NCBI GenBank assembly: GCA_005116965.1
Contig: SWDG01000006.1
Span: 17,553-81,552, forward strand
DNA from: Nitrospira sp.
Lineage (GTDB): Bacteria > Nitrospirota > Nitrospiria > Nitrospirales > Nitrospiraceae
Direction of reading: 5' to 3'
Length of the DNA: 64,000 bases
Shown here: one piece after another, positions 59,647 through 64,000 of the stretch
How positions within the stretch are numbered: the stretch's first letter is position 1
How the letters are laid out: each line of letters opens with the position of its first letter
Made by a program: the position numbers and the translations under genes
The notes under the pieces: generated by a model
What the model was told of the DNA's origin: nothing
The model's database searches: none
What the model saw: the letters and a program-made list of their open reading frames with translations, nothing else

Positions 59647-60003
59647 ATGCTACGAGTCGACAATATTCGAAAGAAGCTGATTTCCCAACGGCGTGAGCTG
59701 TTTCGGGAAGTGGCCAAGACGGAAGAGGATCTGCGCTGGCTCCAAAGCGATATCGAAAGCGAAGTGGAGGAGCGGGGGCAGGAGGAGGCTATGGTTCGGC
59801 TGCTCGATCGTCTGGATGGGCGAGGGAAAGCCGAGATCGAGGCGATCGACCGGGCGCTCTTCAAGCTGGGTTCTGAGCAGTACGGTCGATGTGAGCAATG
59901 CGGGAAGGCCATCCCCCAATCCAGGCTAGAGGCGGTCCCCGCGGCTGCTATGTGCATGGCTTGCGAGCAGGCAGAGGAGAACCAGGCGGCGCTGAGGAAA
60001 TAG
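59647..60003 (+). CDS. TraR/DksA C4 zinc-finger protein
   Basis: I..AL....YGRCEQCG..IP..RLEAVP....CMAC. Confidence 0.9.
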   Translation: MLRVDNIRKKLISQRRELFREVAKTEEDLRWLQSDIESEVEERGQEEAMVRLLDRLDGRGKAEIEAIDRALFKLGSEQYGRCEQCGKAIPQSRLEAVPAAAMCMACEQAEENQAALRK

Positions 60004-60094
60004 GCGAGTAAGCCGTCAGCGATCATATCAGGAGCGCGAGTCGCTGCCTGTTGGAAGCCGGTCAGCGGATATCTTTTGTGAAAGGAGATCGCCG

Positions 60095-60487
60095 ATGGAA
60101 ATCAAAGTGCTGTTGTGTAACTGCAAGGGGCTCTGCGATTCATTCAAAGACTCCGATATGAATAAACTCCCTTTCGAGGTCGAATCAGATCTGGATGTCA
60201 AGTATACGGTTCTCAGTCCGCAGTTGTGCGGGCAGGGCGGGAATGCCATTTTGGAAGAGGCGATGAAGACGTCTAAGCCGGACGATTACTTGCTCGTGGG
60301 CGCCTGCGCTCCGAAGGCCCAGGAGAAGCTCTTCAAAAAGCTCATTCGTGCGACTGGCTTCAATGAGAAGCATTTTGTGCCGGTCGATATCCGGGGCACC
60401 GATAACACGGGAATTCTGGGTCGTCTGCGCGAATCTGTCGAAGGCGTTCTTAAGCAGGCGGAAGCCGGACCAAGTCCTGCAGCATAA
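60095..60487 (+). CDS. Stand-alone protein resembling the N-terminal domain of heterodisulfide reductase subunit A
   Basis: VLLCNC, LCGQGG, VGACAP, VDIR pattern, as in HdrA N-terminal V.VCHCG / MCS..G / VAACSP / NIRE. Confidence 0.65.
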   Translation: MEIKVLLCNCKGLCDSFKDSDMNKLPFEVESDLDVKYTVLSPQLCGQGGNAILEEAMKTSKPDDYLLVGACAPKAQEKLFKKLIRATGFNEKHFVPVDIRGTDNTGILGRLRESVEGVLKQAEAGPSPAA

Positions 60488-60523
60488 GCAGGAAGATGAT
60501 TGGCATGAGAAGGTGAGCGCAAT

Positions 60524-61282
60524 TTGGACACGAGCAATATTCTCCAGCTTGATGAGGTGAGCGTCGAGGTCGGCGGACGGTCGATCCTCCACGATGTCAG
60601 CTTGCGGATCAGACCGGGAGAGACGCATGTGCTCTTCGGTCCGAACGGATCGGGCAAATCCTCGTTGCTGATGGCCATCATGGGGCTGAGTCGGTACCGC
60701 GTCACCAAGGGCCGGATCTTGTTTCAGGGCCAGGACATCACCCGCCTTCCTGTTGATGAGCGCGCGCGTCTGGGGATCGGCCTCATGCAGCAGCGCCCTC
60801 CGAGTGTGCGCGGTATTCCGTTGGGACAGCTTGCCGAAGTCTCGGCACAGGGAAAGGACGGCAAACGGGTTGCGGAACTGGCGGATCAGCTTGGCTGCTC
60901 CAGTTTGCTCGCGCGCGATGTGAACGTGGGGTTTTCAGGCGGCGAAATCAAGAAGGCCGAACTGCTCCAGCTCATGGCTCAGCAGCCAGCGTTGGCCCTG
61001 GTCGATGAACCAGACGCCGGCGTTGATCTGGACAGTATTGCAGTGGTGGGGCAAGCGCTCGCTTGCCTCGTGAAGCAGCCGAGTGCCGAGGCCGTGGCGC
61101 CAGCGGCACTCATCATTACGCATACCGGACACATCCTCAATTATCTGCGGGCGGATGTGGGGCATGTGCTCTATGGCGGCACGCTCGTCGGAGAAGGGGA
61201 AGGACTCCAGCTGCTGGAAGAAATTCGTAAACACGGGTACGGGAAATGTCCGATCTGTCGCTCACACATTCCGGTCCAATAA
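60524..61282 (+). CDS. sufC: SufC-like ATPase of the minimal SUF system (SmsC)
   Basis: FGPNGSGKS, RDVNVGFSGGE.KK.E, DEPD.GVD, IITHTG.IL.Y, C-terminal GY..CPIC. Confidence 0.88.
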   Translation: MDTSNILQLDEVSVEVGGRSILHDVSLRIRPGETHVLFGPNGSGKSSLLMAIMGLSRYRVTKGRILFQGQDITRLPVDERARLGIGLMQQRPPSVRGIPLGQLAEVSAQGKDGKRVAELADQLGCSSLLARDVNVGFSGGEIKKAELLQLMAQQPALALVDEPDAGVDLDSIAVVGQALACLVKQPSAEAVAPAALIITHTGHILNYLRADVGHVLYGGTLVGEGEGLQLLEEIRKHGYGKCPICRSHIPVQ

Positions 61283-62523
61283 GCGCCAGGGAAGAGTCGC
61301 TCCGGGCTCGCGCAATCCAGGCCCAGGCGCGGCCGTCACCCTATGGCCCCGATCTGGACCTGACGACGTTCAGTCAGCCTGTCGAGCAGCAACGCCAACG
61401 GGTCGAGGCCTTGCGATCGCTGGAGCAGCAGATGCGGGAAGCCGCATTACTGGCTGGCATCGACAGCGAGGAGACCGGCAGGGCGGCATCGTATTTTCAA
61501 GTCGACTACTCCGCCATCTACGAACGCATCCAGCGGCGCTATCAAGGCCAGATCGAACTCATGACCGTGACCGAGGCTCTCAAATCCTACGACTGGTTGC
61601 GGGACTATTGGTGGCAGGCGGTCGAGGTCGATCAGGACAAGTACACGGCGGCGGTGGAACTGGCTCAAACGGGCGGCTTCTTCTTACGGGTCTTTGCGGG
61701 CCAGCGCGTCACAGAACCAATCCAGGCCTGTCTGCTCGTGCAGGAAAACAATATCAGCCAGAACGTCCACAATGTAATCCTGATTGAAGAAGGCGCCGCC
61801 GCCCAGCTAATTACGGGCTGTACCCTCCATCCACGTGTTGAAACGGGGCTGCACATCGGTGTGACCGAGGTGTTCCTCAAGAAGGGAGCGACGCTCGCGG
61901 AGACGATGATCCACAACTGGGCCGAAGGGTTCCATGTCCGGCCCAGGACAGGCATCATTGCCGAAGAGAGTGCGACGTTTGTGAGCAACTACATTCTGCT
62001 CCGTCCCGTACGGTCGGTGCAGGGCTATCCGCGTGTCTTCCTTCGTGGAGCGGGTGCACGGGCCCAGTTCAACAGCATCATGGTGGGCCTCAAGGAGTCC
62101 CTCATCGATATGGGGACTTATGCGGAGCTGACGGGGCAGGGCACCCGAGCCGACGCGATCTCACGGGCTGTCGCCAGAGACCAGTCCACCATGTATTTGC
62201 GGGGTGAGTTAGTCGGTCAGCACAACGAGAGTCGGGGCCATCTGGACTGCCGCGGCATGCTGCTCTCCGAGCACGCCAAGATGCATGCGATTCCAGAATT
62301 GCTGGCTGACTCGGCGCCACGGAGTCAGTTGTCACATGAAGCGGCTGTCGGCCCGATCGCTGAAGAAGCGGTGGAATATCTCATGACGCGCGGGCTACCG
62401 CGAGACGTTGCGATCTCGACCCTGGTTCGCGGCTTCATGCAGATCGAGCTGCCGGGCCTTCCGGACATCCTGACCAAACACATCCAGCGGGTGCTCGCAG
62501 CCACGGCAGAGCACTCCTTATAA
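61246..62523 (+). CDS. sufB: SufB-like scaffold of the minimal SUF system (SmsB)
   Basis: QNVHN, LITGC, MIHNW, RPR, GHLDCRG, AIPEL, LSHEAAVG.I, YLMTRG. Confidence 0.88.
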   Translation: MSDLSLTHSGPISAREESLRARAIQAQARPSPYGPDLDLTTFSQPVEQQRQRVEALRSLEQQMREAALLAGIDSEETGRAASYFQVDYSAIYERIQRRYQGQIELMTVTEALKSYDWLRDYWWQAVEVDQDKYTAAVELAQTGGFFLRVFAGQRVTEPIQACLLVQENNISQNVHNVILIEEGAAAQLITGCTLHPRVETGLHIGVTEVFLKKGATLAETMIHNWAEGFHVRPRTGIIAEESATFVSNYILLRPVRSVQGYPRVFLRGAGARAQFNSIMVGLKESLIDMGTYAELTGQGTRADAISRAVARDQSTMYLRGELVGQHNESRGHLDCRGMLLSEHAKMHAIPELLADSAPRSQLSHEAAVGPIAEEAVEYLMTRGLPRDVAISTLVRGFMQIELPGLPDILTKHIQRVLAATAEHSL

Positions 62524-62537
62524 AAGAGCAGTAGAGA

Positions 62538-62801
62538 ATGATCACGAAGGAAGAAGTGCTGGAGGCGTTACAAACGGTTCAGGACCCGGAGCTGGGTCAG
62601 GATCTGGTCAGTCTCGACATGATTCGGGACGTTCGGATCGAAGGGGACCGGGTCTCCTTCACCGTCGTCCTCACGACTCCAGCCTGCCCGCTGGGGATGG
62701 AATTCCAGGAACGGTGTGAGGAAGCGGTTCGGCGGCTGCCCGGCGTTCGGGACGTGGGAATCACGATGAGTGCCGACGTGGGGTCAATCGACGGCGTATG
62801 A
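62538..62801 (+). CDS. DUF59 (SufT/Mrp-N/PaaD) Fe-S maturation factor
   Basis: V.DPEL..D.VSL and LTTPACP. Confidence 0.9.
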   Translation: MITKEEVLEALQTVQDPELGQDLVSLDMIRDVRIEGDRVSFTVVLTTPACPLGMEFQERCEEAVRRLPGVRDVGITMSADVGSIDGV

Positions 62802-62855
62802 CGGATCGTACCTTGTGTGATCCCGAGGTCATCCAACAGAAGAGGACCCTCCGCG

Positions 62856-64000
62856 ATGAACGTACGGCGAATACTCACGATCGACGGCAATGAAGCCGTG
62901 GCCTCGGTCGCCTACCGGACGAACGAGGTGATCGCGATCTATCCGATCACCCCCGCTTCCTCGATGGGCGAACTGGCCGACGAATGGGCAACACAACAGA
63001 AGCCGAATCTCTGGGGGACGATTCCCACCATTGCGCAGATGCAGTCGGAAGGCGGAGCTGCCGGGGCAGTCCACGGCGCTCTGCAGGCCGGCGCCTTGAC
63101 CACCACGTTCACGGCCTCGCAGGGCCTTCTACTTATGATTCCCAACCTCTACAAGATCGCCGGAGAACTCACGGCCTTCTGCATGCATGTGGCCACGCGC
63201 ACCGTCGCCACCCACGCCCTGTCCATCTTCGGCGATCATTCCGATGTGATGGCCTGTCGCCAAACCGGGTTCGCCATCCTGACCTCCGGCTCCGTACAGG
63301 AGGCGCATGACCTCGCCTGCGTCGCCCAGGCCGCGACCCTGGCCACGAGGATTCCCTTCATCCATTGCTTCGACGGCTTCCGCACGTCCCATGAAATCGC
63401 CAAGATCGAGGAACTGACGGATGCAGATCTCCGCGCGATGCTCGACGAGGGCTCCATTCAGGCGCACCGGAAGCGAGCCTTGACCCCGGACCGGCCGATC
63501 CTGCGCGGCACGGCGCAGAATCCGGATGCCTTCTTCCAGGCACGCGAAGCCTGCCAGCCGTTTTACTCGGCCTGTCCAGACCGCGTGCAATGGGTCATGG
63601 ACCAATTCGCGGCACTCACCGGCCGCCCGTATCACCTGTTCGACTACGTCGGCCATCCAGATGCCGAACGCGTGATCGTGCTGATGGGCTCAGGCGCTGA
63701 GACCGTTCATGAGACGGTCAACTGGCTGCTCGAACGTGGTGAGCGCGTTGGTGTGCTGAAGGTCCGCCTCTATCGTCCGTTCGACGTTCAGCGATTCCTG
63801 GCTGCTCTTCCATCGACCACCCGAGCCCTCGCCGTGCTGGATCGGACGAAAGAGCCTGGTTCGGTGGGCGAGCCGCTCTATCTCGACGTGGTCGCCGCCT
63901 TGCATGAGGGACGTGCCGAGGGACTGAGCCGTTTTACGGAAGAGCCGACCGTCATCGGCGGACGGTATGGGCTCTCCTCGAAAGAATTCACGCCGGCCAT
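62856..64000 (+). CDS. nifJ: Single-chain pyruvate:ferredoxin/flavodoxin oxidoreductase (partial, runs off the window end)
   Basis: MNVRRILTIDGNEAVASVAY..NEVIAIYPITP, MQSEGGAAGAVHGALQAG, TFTASQGLLLMIPN.YKIAGEL, FDGFRTSHE, GGRYGLSSKEFTP. Confidence 0.95.
   Translation, partial: MNVRRILTIDGNEAVASVAYRTNEVIAIYPITPASSMGELADEWATQQKPNLWGTIPTIAQMQSEGGAAGAVHGALQAGALTTTFTASQGLLLMIPNLYKIAGELTAFCMHVATRTVATHALSIFGDHSDVMACRQTGFAILTSGSVQEAHDLACVAQAATLATRIPFIHCFDGFRTSHEIAKIEELTDADLRAMLDEGSIQAHRKRALTPDRPILRGTAQNPDAFFQAREACQPFYSACPDRVQWVMDQFAALTGRPYHLFDYVGHPDAERVIVLMGSGAETVHETVNWLLERGERVGVLKVRLYRPFDVQRFLAALPSTTRALAVLDRTKEPGSVGEPLYLDVVAALHEGRAEGLSRFTEEPTVIGGRYGLSSKEFTPA

Overview
Bacterial DNA of roughly 56-58% GC (estimated by eye). 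Gene content and protein style point to a Nitrospira-like genome (inference). 1-14.4 kb is mostly housekeeping: mdh, an orphan NuoF-like flavoprotein with a ferredoxin and ErpA, queD, folE, rarA, PilZ, a Wzx flippase, an asparagine-synthetase-like protein and tRNA-Lys(UUU). It also holds a frameshifted hydrolase and an abrupt junction between a truncated ABC-F gene and a truncated purA. Downstream of the tRNA is a >49 kb accessory region. It starts with a HEPN-MNT toxin-antitoxin pair and a sigma54 regulatory block (NtrC-type regulator, FixL-like heme-PAS kinase, single receiver, Cys-rich second activator), then a candidate sigma54-driven structured small RNA. Next come a truncated HemQ gene fused through an IS-end-like scar to a truncated glgP, then ackA-xfp and DUF1207-ftsH-Mla. 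An inverted FAAL-initiated two-module NRPS follows, with atypical C and TE active sites, an exporter and a PPTase. After it is a cytochrome c / TsdA / YeeE / DsrE / cupredoxin / PPK2 gene run, and finally an operon with a stand-alone HdrA-N-like protein, a minimal SUF (SmsCB), DUF59 and a single-chain PFOR. Three of the four sigma54 promoters share an upstream palindrome (TGT[C/G]GCA-N3-[T/C]GCGACA). This suggests one oxygen/redox-responsive regulon for low-oxygen survival (fermentation, sulfur redox chemistry, Fe-S assembly). All calls come from motif recognition by eye; no searches were run.
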